Below are positions 1 to 42,456 of a stretch of 64,000 bases of DNA, one piece after another (the first letter of the stretch is position 1; each line of letters starts with the position of its first letter). The notes under the pieces were generated by a model. The model searched no databases. It was not told the origin of the DNA and saw only the letters and a list, made by a program, of their open reading frames with translations. Origin of the DNA: Podarcis gaigeae (taxonomy: Eukaryota); assembly GCA_964106915.2 (NCBI GenBank), contig OZ066919.1; one strand, 5' to 3'. The translations under genes and the position numbers were made by a program.

Positions 1-180
1 GGCAGGCATTGAGTTGAAGCAATGTGCATTTAGCAGTTGAAGAAACATCAGTTAGTGTTGAAAATCCTTTCAGCCTGAATCTTCTATGTTCTTTCTTCTT
101 TCTGCTGTTCCTATTTTCTTTGATACATATGTTCCTGCCTTCAAGTAACAAAACAACATATTTTCTTTGATTATTTTCAG

Positions 181-29012
<28,832 letters not shown>

Positions 29013-32000
29013 CCCATGAAAGGTGGAGAGCTTGCTGAATTCCCAAAGCCCTGATGTCTGAAGGGCACTGGTTCCCCTCGTACTTAAAGGGAGCAATGGG
29101 GTGAGGAAAGCAAAGCTCTTCACCCTGGAGCGAGAGACCAGGTCAGATCTCAGTGCCATTGGAAGGAGGAGGGATCTGCTACCATCTGCTTTCTCCAGGA
29201 ACGTCTCTCACTTTTTAAACAACCTACTGTACAAATTGGCAAGCCACGAGGCAGGCTGGAAGACTCTGATTTCTAATCCTTTCTGACTGCTTCACTCTGC
29301 CATTTTGGATGTGTATTTTTGTTTCTCCTTGATACAAATGGGGAAGGGGGATTACTGGAATAATCAGTCGCCTTTCAACTCCTCTTTCTCTTCGCCTCCC
29401 CCACAAATCCTCACTTTATGTTTTTAGTTTTCTATATCCGCCATTTGGCAAAAGAGGAAAGCTTCAGTAGACCCACGTTAAGGCTTTCAGCACAGTGAGT
29501 CTTTGTGATCAGTTTTTCAAATGAAAAGGCCACTGCAATGAAGCTGTAATTTTCTGTCTGCTCCCATTGTCTTAGAAGCAGGCCATGGAACCAAGAGGCT
29601 GTTGGTAAATTTGCTGCCTTGGTTGCTACACAGTGCTACTCAATTTCCAATGTTGTGCATGGGTTGGTTCATAGCGGCTGCAGTACTGGTGAAGCAGTTC
29701 TGTTAAATTGCACCTCCTAGCCATCTAAATCAAAGACACCCTAAAATTATCTTCATGCTTCAAACAATTATTGGTCTTTGGTTTGTAATGAAGTTAATTG
29801 AGTTTTACTTTAAGTACTTGTTTGTGTACAGTGTCTCTTTAAAAGCAGGATGTCATGGAGGGGCAGGCTTGTTATATATCTGCTGGTTGCTTTGCAGTAC
29901 ACGCAGCTTGGAGGTTGTCTGCACCTTCTATATACTGTAGTCATTTTCTGAGGGCAAGTTCTGTAAGAGAATAGGTGATAATGGTCAGTCTGGTAGGCTC
30001 ATCAGAGATGCAACTCCCTGTTTTGGCAAGGGGCACTAGCCTTCTATAACTGAACCTGTAAGAATGGGTGACAGAAGTTTCACACCATCTAATGAACGGA
30101 GTTATTAGGGGAAATATAACATGTGAACTCATGTGTTTGCAGCATAGTCAGGTTTACAGGTTAACCTTGCCAATCAAAATTCTCAAAACAAGCAATGTGA
30201 TGTAGACCTATCTGACTGTGAGAGTCGAGAGATGATGTAGAGTATTCATAACTCAGAACAAAGGAGATTGGTAAAGTATAGAATTGTTACAATGTACGTG
30301 AGATCTGACAGCTCTCCAAACAATCCGATTCCAGATTGGTACATGGTAAATTGATGGTTATGCCTCAAAACAGAACACTTAGCTTTTCTAAATTTGTAAA
30401 AGGCAAGAGGAGTATGCTATACCCATCTCCAAATATAGGAACTGTTGTTGTTTTTCCCTTTCAAAAGGACAGAATTCAGGTAGAAGTTGGCAAGCACACA
30501 GAGAGGGTTGATGTTGGTATATTAAGGAAGACAGGGGGAAGTTTTATTCTGCAGATTTTTCTGTGAAATCCTAAGAAGCAATTCTTGGAAACATACACTG
30601 GACAATTCTGCCTTGCTGTCTCAGGTCAACAATTATATTTTGAAGCTGTAGAACCGTGTGTAAATTGGATAATATGAAATGGCTGGTTGCTGTTTCATCG
30701 TGGGCAGCCAACCCTATTGAAATGATGCAGCTGTTATAGCTGTTCATGTATTTTTATAGCTTAGCCATCAGGCTTCTTTAAAGAGGTGCAGAAAGAAAGA
30801 AAAAAAATTGTCTCCATCGGTTTCAACCCAGTCCATCATGTTTGCTAGTGTGGGGTTATGCAGCAGCAGCTCTATCCTCCCAGATGACAGGAGTCATTGT
30901 GGAAGATGTGATGGCCAAACCTGACACACGACAAGTATAATTACCTGGAAAGTATTCTTAGCTGTAGCATCTCCCAAGAGCTCTTCGCCCAACTTGGCTC
31001 ATCACATGCCAGCTTTATGGTCTCACAGATGCCCCTTTACATTTTTATCTTTCCAAATGCTTGCTTCATATATTCTACCAAGAAGTAAGCCTGAATGATT
31101 CCAGTGGGTCTTACACTCCAGGTAACTGTATTTAGGTGTACATGCAAAAGAGGATATGCACTGCCATATTCACAGTGCATTTTCCCATCGTCATCACACA
31201 CGTAACTGGCATCGTTGTATGCCACTTATCCTATTTGAAAGCACAGAAGTCTCTAAAATACTATAATGTAGGCCTGAACCATTATCACTCATTGCATCCA
31301 TATAATTTGCAAATGTTCAGCAATTTTCACAGGCGATTAATGCTCCCACCATCCACTCTGGTAAACTCACGCGATTCTGGTAGACTCACGTCACCCCAAT
31401 CTCTGAGTAATGCAAAATTCCAGGGGTTCCAAGCAGTTACCCAGGGTTTGTGTTTCCTTTCTTTCAAACCAACCACAAGCTGGGAGAGGGCTCCACCCAT
31501 TTGCCATCTTGCACAGAGCCCCTTTCCTTTGCTTCCCTTAACATCACCTCAACAGAAAGCTAGCCTGGCTTATATTTTACATTTGCTGGATCCAGGGGTT
31601 AGGAGGGTCTCCGCATTCAGCCTACTTTCCCCCTCCCCAAACCCATAACGATAATATTGTCGAATTACTTCCTGTACAGGCTACTTATCTGCAACAGGAA
31701 GGTCAAACCTGCCTAGAATTCAATATACTTTTAAAAATCTGTTTCAAAATAGAGCAAGAACACTGTCTTAGTCAAGTAGAATTAGGAAGCTATTCCACAG
31801 TGCCCCACAAACTGCACTAATTGGGACTAATAAGCCCCAGAACCTCAACCCCAATCAATTCCTATGTCAGTGTCCTCATGAAAACTCTAAACAGCTGGGC
31901 AGAAATTTGGGTTGTTTTTGTTTTTTGACCTTTGTTGAAGATTTCATCAGAAAAGCTCACAATTGAAACAAAGATGAACAACAAAACAATTAAATACACA

Positions 32001-34445
32001 ATAATATTCAACAGTTCAGTCGTGAGTAGATCAGTCATCAAATAAATTTGAGTCACAAAATGCTCCACTCAACAAAGTGTGCAGGTGGTAAAAACTGAGA
32101 GAAGAACAAAGAATGGGTTTTACAGTGGGGTGGGGTGGGAAAGCGTGTCATGTACTGTAGTAAAAATGTTGATCGCTTGACTCAGGTGACGCAATTTAAA
32201 ATCCAGCCAATTTCTCACATAGGCCAGAGCTGGCATCCTGGCCTGATCACTGCAGGTAATCAAACCAGACATGATGGCCAAGATGTGTGGACATATCCCC
32301 TGCCATGTAGTTTTCTCAATGAAAATCATTGCCCCCCAAAGCTGATATTTGCCCACATTAGAACAACATATAGGAAACCAAACTAAGGAGGATCAAATCC
32401 TTCTCCTTACCTGTCAAGTCCGGAGGCTCATGACATCTCTTTTTCAGCATTGTGAAAGTTGCACCTTTCTTGAAACATTAAATTTGGCCCTGATGATCTG
32501 TGTAAGAAACACTTGAATTGCTAGCATGGGTATAACTACTTTCTTTGGCTTATTCATTTCAACAGCAGGTTGGCGACTGAGGGGGGAGGGGAGTTTTTCT
32601 GTTAATCAGAAATAATTCCATACAAACCCCTGCTGATGTGATTCTATCCTCTGGTCATTTCATTAATAACTAGGCACTCAGGCTTTAGACACATTGATTT
32701 TTGGCCTTTGAAATATAGTGTTAATTTCCTTTTTTAAAAAAAGATATAATAAATAAATAAATAACAGTCGCAATACTGCAAGACATTTTAATTTAGAAGG
32801 CACCTTTAATTAGTAATCCCTTTTGCTCTCAAGATATATATTTTTACAAGTTCACTGGGAGGGTAAAATCATTAAATCCCAGTGAAACAATCTTTGTTTT
32901 AAATGTGGAAGTAAATAACACTATCGCAGCTAAGGAAGTTGCAGCATTGAAAGCCAATGTATCTGATACAGGGGTGATGGTGGATCCATTGTGAATTGCA
33001 TACCAGGCCTACCATTGTCAATGCAGTGGGGTCATGCTGCAATTCCTCTGCACCCAGGGAGGGGAGAAAACCTGTTTGGGGCATATAATAATCTGGAAGA
33101 AACAGGTGGCTCTGGTGTTGTTGGAAACATGTGAACCTGTTCTTTGGTCAAAATCTGGAGCTGATGAATGGCCCATTTTATGATCAGATACTGGAATCAA
33201 GAATCACAAAAGGTGAACTATAACATACATATGTTCAATGTTATTGAGAGAGAGAGAGAGAGAAGGGACATGGAAGAAAGGCAGCCACAAGGATGAGCTG
33301 AAGATATGTCTAAATGGGAGCATCCCATGCTCTCAGTTTGGCATGGAGCTAGAAGAGGAGACAACAGTACCTGAAAACAGGTACTATGGTATGTTTGATG
33401 CCGCATGCCATTTTCTAGTGCTAATCCCTTTACTGATGTTGATCCTCTGATTCCACCCAGTCTGCTATGCACACACCAGTGCGTGTAGATGCAGTGGGAA
33501 GATCCACATTGGCTCATGGCATGAAGTTGGTGGGAATGGTGCACTGAATCAGCACACCAGCCCCGAAAAATTATCAGGTTGGGAATGCAAACACTGAAAG
33601 AGTGAAAGAGAGGGGAGGGGGAGGTATAGAGGAACAGAGAGAAGAGAGAAAAGAAGTATCACAAGTGAGAGTGCAGCCTTTCTGGGAATTCAGTTGGTAA
33701 AAGGAAAAGTACAGATTTGAACTCCTTTGTTTCTGATGCTGTATGTGAGAGTACAAAGAGAAGCTTGTGGAAGTCAAGAATGTCATTATTAGCTAATGTA
33801 CTTGGTCACAGACCTTGTTACATTGCACCAGGAAATGTTTTGTGAACTCAGAGCACTGGCACATCTGCTTGGTAAAAACATGATGCTGAATGAGAGAGCT
33901 CATCCTAGAATCAGACCTTCTTTTTTATAGCTCAATGTGATATATGCACACATATTTCAAATATAAGAAAATGCACTTTTTTAAAAAAAACACATATATA
34001 AATTAGAATACCTAAAACCAAATTAAATCAGTGCAGTCAACAGCTGAGTGGCTGGGGCAGGGGGGAAGACAGAGATGCACTAAGCAAGATTCACTCAGCA
34101 AGGTTGGAGACAAGACAATAGACCTGAAGAGCATTTTGGAAGTGGTATGAAAGAGGGAACACTGCCATGGTAGACTCCTTTCAGGTCACTGCTGATTAAA
34201 CTGATTGTAGGTCTTGTTTTCTTAGATTTGTTCCCTGTTCACATTAAGAACAAATAATGCAAAGCAAACCTCTCCATGATGTCAAATAAATGCTTTTTTT
34301 CCTTCAGCTGCAGCATTCACATAGCAAAACTGTGTAGGAGGTCTTATTATGATTATTTTCTAATGACATAATAGCAGAAGTCCTTGAGATGAACTCCCAG
34401 CTTCCAAAGGGGCTCCATGTGGGCAGTTAATTAGAACAGATATGT

Positions 34446-34449
<4 letters not shown>

Positions 34450-34481
<32 letters not shown>
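34450..34481. repeat. (GT)n microsatellite in the 3' UTR
   Basis: Read directly. Confidence 0.97.
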
Positions 34482-34483
<2 letters not shown>

Positions 34484-35239
34484 GGAGGGCAGAAATGTGA
34501 CCTAATTTTCTTAACTGAGCTAGGAAAAAATGTGTGCGGCATTAGATTGTACACAGATGATCGTTATATTGACCATTGACTGTGCATTAAAGAGCCAAAA
34601 GGCTGTGCTTGATATGTTCCTTGAAATTTGAGCATCAGTAATACAATAGTGTTGAGTGATGACTCATTGGTATAATTGCTGTTATTTTTATTTACTTATT
34701 TATATTTTGTTTTTCTGCAAACCTTAGCGCAAGCTTTGTTTTTAGCAATGACAATGTGCAAGCTTGTTGTCCCTATGAGAAGGCCATCTCCAGCTAATAT
34801 CCAAATGTACTTTCCCCCAAGTCCTACTGGACTAGCAATCCATCCTATCATCATTTATTGCCCCATATTATTACATTTTAAAAGAATGCAACTCCCTTGG
34901 CACATCTCGTGTGGAATGCTTTACATTATCTGATTCATCAGCCTTACGAGACAGCTCACTTTTATTTTGCTGTCACAGGACAATGAGCTAGAGAACAGGG
35001 GCTTCACCATGACCACCTAACAGACATTAATGAAGCTCCAGTAAGGATAGCTGTGGGAAGCCTGGTAAAGTTGGGATGGCAGTGAATTTTGTTGCATTTT
35101 AAATACTGGCAGGTTATACTTGGTTTCCACCATTGTGTGGAAGCAGAAGCACTGGTTGTTGAAAAATATGGCTGCCTGAATCCAGCAATAGTGTTACTAA
35201 AGTTTATCCTACTGCAGCAATAATCCACGAATGTGTATA

Positions 35240-35707
35240 CAGTGGTACCTTGGTTCTCAAACTTAATCTGTTTCTGAAGTCCGTTCCAAAACCAAGATGC
35301 GCCTTCCCATAGAAAGTAATGCAAAATGGATTAATCTGTTCCAGACTTTTAAAAACAACCCCTAAAACAGCAATTTAGCGTGGATTTTACTATCTAATGA
35401 GACCATTGATCCACAAAATGAAAGCAACAAACAATGTATTGCAGTCATACAATCAATCAGTAGCTGAACTGGGTTCCACACAGTCACAAAAACAAAACAA
35501 AAAGAGCCACAAAAACAAAAATGCAAAATAAATAGCAAAAACAGACAGACCACAGAGTAACACTCAAATTGGAAGCGTGGCGCTCAAATCGGAGCATGTT
35601 CAGCTTCTGAACAAAGCTTGCAAACCAGAACACTTACTTCCGGGTTTGCAGTGTTTGTGTTCCAAGTTGTTTGAGTACCAAGGCATTTGAGAACCAAGGT
35701 ACCACTG
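35240..35707. mobile_element. Tc1/mariner-type MITE in the probable 3' UTR
   Basis: Perfect 22-bp TIR CAGTGGTACCTTGGTTCTCAAA; TA target duplication on both sides. Confidence 0.92.
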
Positions 35708-38356
35708 TATATGCGTTAGGAAAGGAGGGATTGGGAGAAGTCAGAGAGAGGGAGAAGGAAGGTGAGTTGGAGTTATTGGAGGTTGTAGTTTTGCACAATC
35801 TGGTTTGTGTGCCATGTCGTAGAACACAAATAGTTTTTTCATGCTTGGTCCATGGTAACTACACAGAAACCTTCTACACATGGATTCCAAAGTTAAGAGA
35901 TTTACCATGAGCTGCATCTGGGACATTCCAGAGAGAAAACTATTCTGTGGTATATAGCACAATCCTACACTTTTCTACACATCCTGCTGAGTTAAAGGAG
36001 TTGTACTTCTAGGTAATGGCAGCCTCACCTGCTGCTCCCTGCATCCCTCACGAACCTATGCTTTAGTTCATGCTCGCCAGCCATTCAAGGCTATAAAGCT
36101 CATTCAGCAGTGCCTTTGAGAAGAGTATTGATTCTGTATTGTTAAAGATTATTTTAGGCTTGAGGAGTGCTTGACATTCTCCAGCCTCCACCACCCTTGA
36201 AATAAATGAGACAAGCTGAAATGAAATTAATATTGAGCACAGGATGATGGGAGTGGGGAGGGGGGGGAATCTATTCAAATCATGCCAGTATGCTCTATGT
36301 GCTTCTTATGTGGATGATGACAAGTTGGCCTTGAACAGATCAAAAAGTGCATTTAGGTTTCAGCATTGTTCATCCGCCTTGTTGGCAGAGATATTTAACC
36401 AGGAAGAAATTTCCCAATATGCCTCACAACTTTCAAAGTCAAAACGATGCTGCCTTGGAACTAATTAAGCAACACCGCTGTATTCTTCTCGCTCACCTTT
36501 GTTATGTCAGGAATAGAACTGCAAATGTTAGCGTCTATTTTTCTATCACAGTCTGGCTGGGGAGGCAGGGTGGTGGAGGAAAAACACCTCACTGAGGAGA
36601 TGAAGAATTTCACACACACAAACACACACACACAGAGAGAAGTGTTCGTTCGAGGTTTTGTGCACAGTCAATGTGAACATCTCCTCACCTTGTGATTGGC
36701 TTACTTTCTTGAGGAGCTCGTCACAGACCTAACAGCTAGAGACTATTTTTAAAAGTAGCTCATTTGTTTTTTAAGAGAATGCGGCGGCTGCAGCAAGCGC
36801 CTGGCTGAACCCAAACACGATAACAGTAAATCTCTGAAATCTCTCTGCGCCACTAGAAACCAGATTGCCCTTTACGAAAAAGAGATCATTTTTCTTGTAC
36901 TTTTTCAACAAAGGTGTCTCTGCCATAAATTCTTGCCCATGTCTCGGACACCAAAACAACTCAAGCTTGGTAATGAGAAAAAATGTATGACAAAAAAAGG
37001 TGGTGTTTATAGGTTTGGGAGCAGAGCGAATGTTTGAGAAATGAGGCTTGAACACACTTCTCCTTTTCAAACCCAAAAACAGTTTTTGCCACTAATTTGG
37101 ACCTCATGCTGGTTTCATTCATTGCAGTTATTCATCCCAATGGTGTTAGCTTTAACTGATCATGTGGTGCTGCACTAAGAAGGTCCATGTAAAACATTGA
37201 TAACAGCTTGAGGTTGTGGGTGAAACTATGGAGGTTTGGTGTCTAAGAATCCCACTGCCTGCTTTGTGTGTATAGCTTTCCAGAAGCAATGTTAGGTTGC
37301 AGCTGCAAAAGGAAGAGTTAACATGTCTCATCATTTGCTGTTTGCCAGCAAGCTTTTGGTAAAAAGTCCAAGCAGTTATGGCTGAAATTAATTGTTCATA
37401 TTTGTGACATTCTTGCCCTGTTATCATCTCTCTCTGCCATTCCCTTCTTTTTAAATCATTTAAGACCCAATTCACAGAACCCTTTGTGTCTGAGAAATGT
37501 CACACAAAGGTTACTTTTACAATTGGCATCAAAAAGCAGTCCTGTAAGTTTTGTTTAGAATGCAACTTACCCTATCCTGAAAAACATACAAACACACATA
37601 CCCCTACTGTGACTGGGGGTGTGTGTCACATTTTGGTGGCTTTCCCCCAGATTAAAAATAGCTTTGAGAATCAGGTCCTATTCACACATTTAAAAAAAAA
37701 ATTGCAATTGCAAATTCACTTCATCTGGCCTACACAGATCATTTAGGAAGGGCTGGGTTAAGCACTGATCTACCCCTTTCTTTTTCCTCTTTTCTGTTCC
37801 CACCCCCCACCCCCGCCCACTCCCTGTTGAAACCAAGAGGTACTGGCATCCAACAAAGGTATTGTGCCAACAGCATTCTTGTTATGTTCTCCCTGCAAGG
37901 CTAAGGGGGTTATAACTGTGCCATCAATATCCCAAGCTAGCTAGAAGTTCCCTGTATTAGCTCCTTTGATCCAACTCTTTGCTAGCTGGGAGGGGTTGTT
38001 GCATGAGAGCTAAATTTATTTTCATTTGCAGTATCCCCTGGATGCTTAAGGTTACCAATTAAGCTCACTTGTACAGTTTGGATGTTTGATAGATAAAGCA
38101 CGTATTTAAAAAGGGGGGGAAAGAAAAAATATATAAATACAAAAAAATCAGCACTGTGCGTTCAGAGTTCTTTTCTTTCTAGTTTACAAGAAGGGAAGGT
38201 AAAAAAAAATGTCAAGTCAATGAATATCAGATATATTTTTTGACTGTACATTACAGTGGTGTAATCTTTTTTTACAACTGCAAGTCCATCTTATTTATTC
38301 TTGTAAATGTTTCCCAGACAATGTTTGTAAAATGGGCTGTGTTGCAAAATCCATAC

Positions 38357-38362
38357 AATAAA
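38357..38362 (+). terminator. Candidate distal polyadenylation signal AATAAA
   Basis: Several TGTA motifs upstream (38245-38330) and GT/T-rich sequence downstream (aatgtttt, tggtgcttttttctttt). Confidence 0.6.
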
Positions 38363-40117
38363 CCTGTGATCCAAGATTAATGTTTTACTAAGAGATTCTT
38401 GCACTGGTGCTTTTTTCTTTTGCATGGAATTCAGTGAACGTGAACAGAAAGGGGACTTCAAAATCTGGTTGCCAAGAACAAGGCACAATGGTCCTCCTGT
38501 AAAGCTCAATAAGAAGATAAGCCTTGGAACTAACACTGTGTTTACAATACAGAAGCGTCAATGCCAGGCAAATCAGTCTGGGAAGCATGGGAACCTATTC
38601 TCTAGGTTGGTGTGCAGCAGATGCATTCCTAGGCTGCCTTGCGCCCTTGGCAAGGAACTGTATCCATGCACACACACACACACACACACCCTGCCGAAAA
38701 ATCACTTTACCGCAACATCCCCATTATTTGTCTAAAAATACTGCTAAAATGAAATGAATCCCCATCAATTTAGTTGTGAATGCTTTAATTCCATGGATTA
38801 AATGTTCCATGTGGATGTGAAGGTCTGATGAGGGCTGGTGTGTCCTAGCATTGGGTCACCCAACAGTGCTCAGGCAATGAGTCCACTGCCTGAATGCAGG
38901 CTAAGGAAGGCGACCCAGAGGCATAGTCTCTCATCTGCTTGGTTTGTGGAACCAGGAGGCTGAAGACACAGGAAGAAAGGCAGCCAAAAGTGGCTGTTGG
39001 GAGGGGCTGCCCTGAGCTTAGACTATCTCTTAAACACTTCACAGCCAGTCTGCCCCTCTCCCCACAAAATAAGGGGTACATGATGGCCAACAGTCAACCT
39101 TGTAATGTTTACGTGGGCACAATCCATTCAATGGGACCAAGGCTGCAACCCTAGCCGTACTTAACTCGGAGTAAGCCTTGTTAAATTCCTTTACTTCCAA
39201 GTATGCATGGCTAGAACTGAGCTGTCACTTCCTAGCTACCGATTGCTATCCATACTTACTGGGAAAAGCATCTCCCTCCAAGTTCAATGGGGCAACGACA
39301 CTGACTTAGGACTGATAATCCTCACTGAATGGAGGCATGTGCAGCCCTCCTTCATAACTAGGCTAGAGCAATGAGCTCCCCACTGAATAAAGCAGCTTGA
39401 GAACTGTTGTGCCGAACCCCAGGAAGCTACAGACCAGAGAGGCGCATTAACGGTCTTTAAAAGCTTAGAGGTTTCAGAGTCCTGAAGTCTGGCAATTCTC
39501 CAAGCTTTTTTTCTTATATGTGCAAAGCATCCGGCTAACTTCACAATTCTGCAACGATTCAGTCCTTCCTGCCAATGACCAACAACCCACTTCCAAAGAT
39601 GCACAGCCCACAATGTAAGATGAACCCCTTTATACACAAAGTTATATGCTTAATCTGTCCAGTAACACCAATAAGGAAGTCAGCAGATTCAGCCAAGTGC
39701 ATCTCAAGAATGAGAATGAGTCAGCTCTTTGCTCCTTAATGCAATTAACCCATTACCTGCACTCCTTAACAGTCTTATCCTGCATGAATTAGACATTTAA
39801 AGTCATCCAAGTTGGTAGCCATCACCGCCTCTTGTGGGAGCATAGGTCCATTATGTGCCAGTGAAGCAGCAGCTTGGAAAGTGAAAAAGCTGGGTTGGAA
39901 GGCACTTTGGCTGTTGGGCATGTTCCTTTAGACCACAAGAAGGAACCTGCCAGATCAGACTAAAGGCCCACCAATTTAGAATTCTGTTCCTACAGCAGTC
40001 AGCCAGATGTTTATGGGGGAGGGAGCTCACTAGCAAGACATGAGTGCAGTGGACTTCTCTGGCAGTTTTTTCCTAGCATCCGGCGCATAAATAGTGTCCT
40101 CCCTAAAAGAGGGCATG

Positions 40118-40868
40118 TGTTGTGGTGATATCTAGAGACTGACCTCTTGGTTGTGGGTGGGTCCATTGGATAGCCACAACACCCGATTGGTAGGTCCCTC
40201 GATGCTGGGTTTCAGTCTGGCCAATGGGGTTGCAGTTTAAACAGATCGAGGGACCTATATAAACCCATGCACATGACCCAGAGCTTCCTCTTTCGGCTTG
40301 TGCATCAGAACACCCGCCCACCTCTCCCTATATTTAGGACGTTTTGTGATTGACCTTGCTATGCCGTCGTGTGTCGTCTGTCGTTGGGACAGGGGCACGG
40401 GAGGAATTTTCCCACTTGGCTGATTGGCTGTTGCCATTTGGGTTTCACCTGCCACGTAGCAATTCGTCACAACTTGTAAGGTGGTGGATAGGCTCTGGTT
40501 CATGTGATAGGGATGCGAGAACGCTCTCGCCATCCCTATGTGAAGGGTATTCCGTTAAAGGAATCCAGGGACTATACTTGGTTTGGCCAACCCCCGAAAA
40601 GGGGTTGTGCCCATGCCTGAGTCCAGGGGAGCATCTGGGGAGTGAATAGAGTCTGCTCCCAGGCTTTTCACCTTCCTCAGGTGTTCACTCTTGGCTGACC
40701 TATGATAGAGCACTACCTGCAAGGGTGTAGAGAGCTAGTCAAATGCAACCACTCACTTTTCTGTAATCAATAAAGTTGTGGCCCAAATTCTGCCAAAAAC
40801 CAAAACTAAAATTTGAGTCAATTGTGTCTTTATTTAGGAGGGAGGTCTCTGGGTCTGAACACGCAACT
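40118..40868 (+). mobile_element. Solo LTR (~750 bp) inserted into an older repeat
   Basis: Termini TGTTGTG...CGCAAC(t); near-TSD GCATG/GCATA; CCAAT/ATTGG boxes, TATATAAA 40256-40263, AATAAA 40769-40774. Confidence 0.8.
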
Positions 40869-41819
40869 GCATATGTTCCTGAAAGTAGTTTATAGCCATC
40901 GTGACTAATAGCCATTATTCGTCATTTAATCTCATTTTAAGGCCAAATTGGTGGCCATCACAACATTGTGTGGTAGCCAATTCCATCATTCAACTATATG
41001 CTGGGTGTACTTGCTTAGAAACTGCATGGACCCTTGAAAATTTTCAGTTTTGGGGAAATGAGTGTGATACATACACATAAGCTAATACTTCCTATATCCA
41101 AAAACAAACCTTTAGGAATAGCCTGGGTTCAATCCTACTCAAAGCAGGTTTCTTGCTTTACAGACACCGCAAACGTTTAGCAAGTTATTGGGTTCCCCCC
41201 ACAAATATATCAAAAACTCCATTAACTGTGCTGTCACTTTGTCATGAAAAATATTTATACCCTAATGGCCTAATCCTGTGACCTGCTGCACCAGCAACAT
41301 GGTGCTTAAGAGGCAATGGGCAGAGTGCTGTGCCAATGTACTGTCACAAAGCATGAATTATGACGGGTTTTACAGGCAGATGTGCTGATTCAAACATTTA
41401 GGGTCAGCAGGCCACTCAGGATGAAAAGACTGCTGGAAGGGATTAGGAGGAGTAGTTAAGCATAGAAGGAACATATTTGCTCTGTCATAGAAGACTAATC
41501 TCCAGGAAAAAAATTTCTTGGGTGGGAGTGAATCAACTACTGAAAATATGTGCCTTTTTGACATCTCCCAAAACGGGGGGGGGGGGGGGGGAGGAAGAGA
41601 GATCTCCGAAGGGGGATTAGGGCCATAACTTAGTGATAGAAGATCTGCTTTGCATGCATCATAAGTTCCCTGGTGCAATCCTCAGCACCTCCAGGTAATT
41701 TACCATATCTGAAACCATCGAGAGCCACTGTCAATCAATGTTGACAAGGAGGAGCTAGATGGACAAAGGGCCTGACTTTGGTATGAGGCAGCACCCTATG
41801 CTTCTGTGTAAATAGCATC

Positions 41820-42066
41820 TGTTAAGTTGTGGGTGAACATATCAGACGACACAGCGATTCTTCAAACAGCTCTTGCTTATTCAAAGGCCAGAACAGAACT
41901 GAACTGAAAAGCTCAGTCAGCCTGCTTATATAGAGCTCCAGAACAACGTAACTGTAGCAACTTTCTAAAACTATCCAATCACTGAACGTCACTTTCGATC
42001 CTTCATTTGCATAACTATCTACAGTATCCCCCTGCTGGCCCAGGGTGAGAACTTCAGTACATAACA
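41820..42066 (-). mobile_element. Solo LTR (247 bp)
   Basis: TGTTA...TAACA termini; 5-bp TSD GCATC; TATA element on the minus strand. Confidence 0.88.
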
Positions 42067-42097
42067 GCATCTACTGTTGAATGGTGCTTTTTAGCTT

Positions 42098-42220
42098 GGG
42101 GAAGGACCATAGCTCAGTGGCAGAGCATCTGTTTTGCATGCAAAAGGGCCTGGACGCAATCCCCAGCATCTCCACTGCCAAGCAGCATAGACAGTTCTGA
42201 TCTAGATGGACCAAGGTTCA
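42098..42220 (+). mobile_element. tRNA-derived SINE, internally deleted
   Basis: catagctcagtggcagagcatctgttttgcatgca head; ctagatggaccaa body. Confidence 0.7.
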
Positions 42221-42410
42221 CACAGATGACAAATGAATGCCACTTTAGAGTAAGCCCCACACAACTCAATGAGTTTTACTTCTGAGTAGGTATATATAGG
42301 ATTGTGATGTCAGGCTTCCATTTATAAAAGTTATGGAGGAGCCTGATCCAGTCCTGGAAAGATGCTTAATATATTAATATAATGTGTTTGAGTAGTAAAA
42401 CCAATATACG

Positions 42411-42411
<1 letters not shown>

Positions 42412-42453
<42 letters not shown>
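42412..42453. repeat. (AT)n microsatellite
   Basis: Read directly. Confidence 0.97.

Positions 42454-42456
<3 letters not shown>

Larger units (their letters stand above)
29013..38385 (+). other. PTPRT: Probable long (~9.4 kb) 3' UTR of PTPRT
   Basis: Nearly repeat-free stretch after the stop (one MITE), ending in an AU-rich, UGUA-rich block with AATAAA, after which repeat density rises. Mammalian PTPRT is known to have a multi-kb 3' UTR. The end point is inferred. Confidence 0.6.

Noticed and set aside
31136-31648. 170-aa ORF in the 3' UTR
   Set aside because: Non-ATG start and no domain similarity; a length like this can occur by chance.
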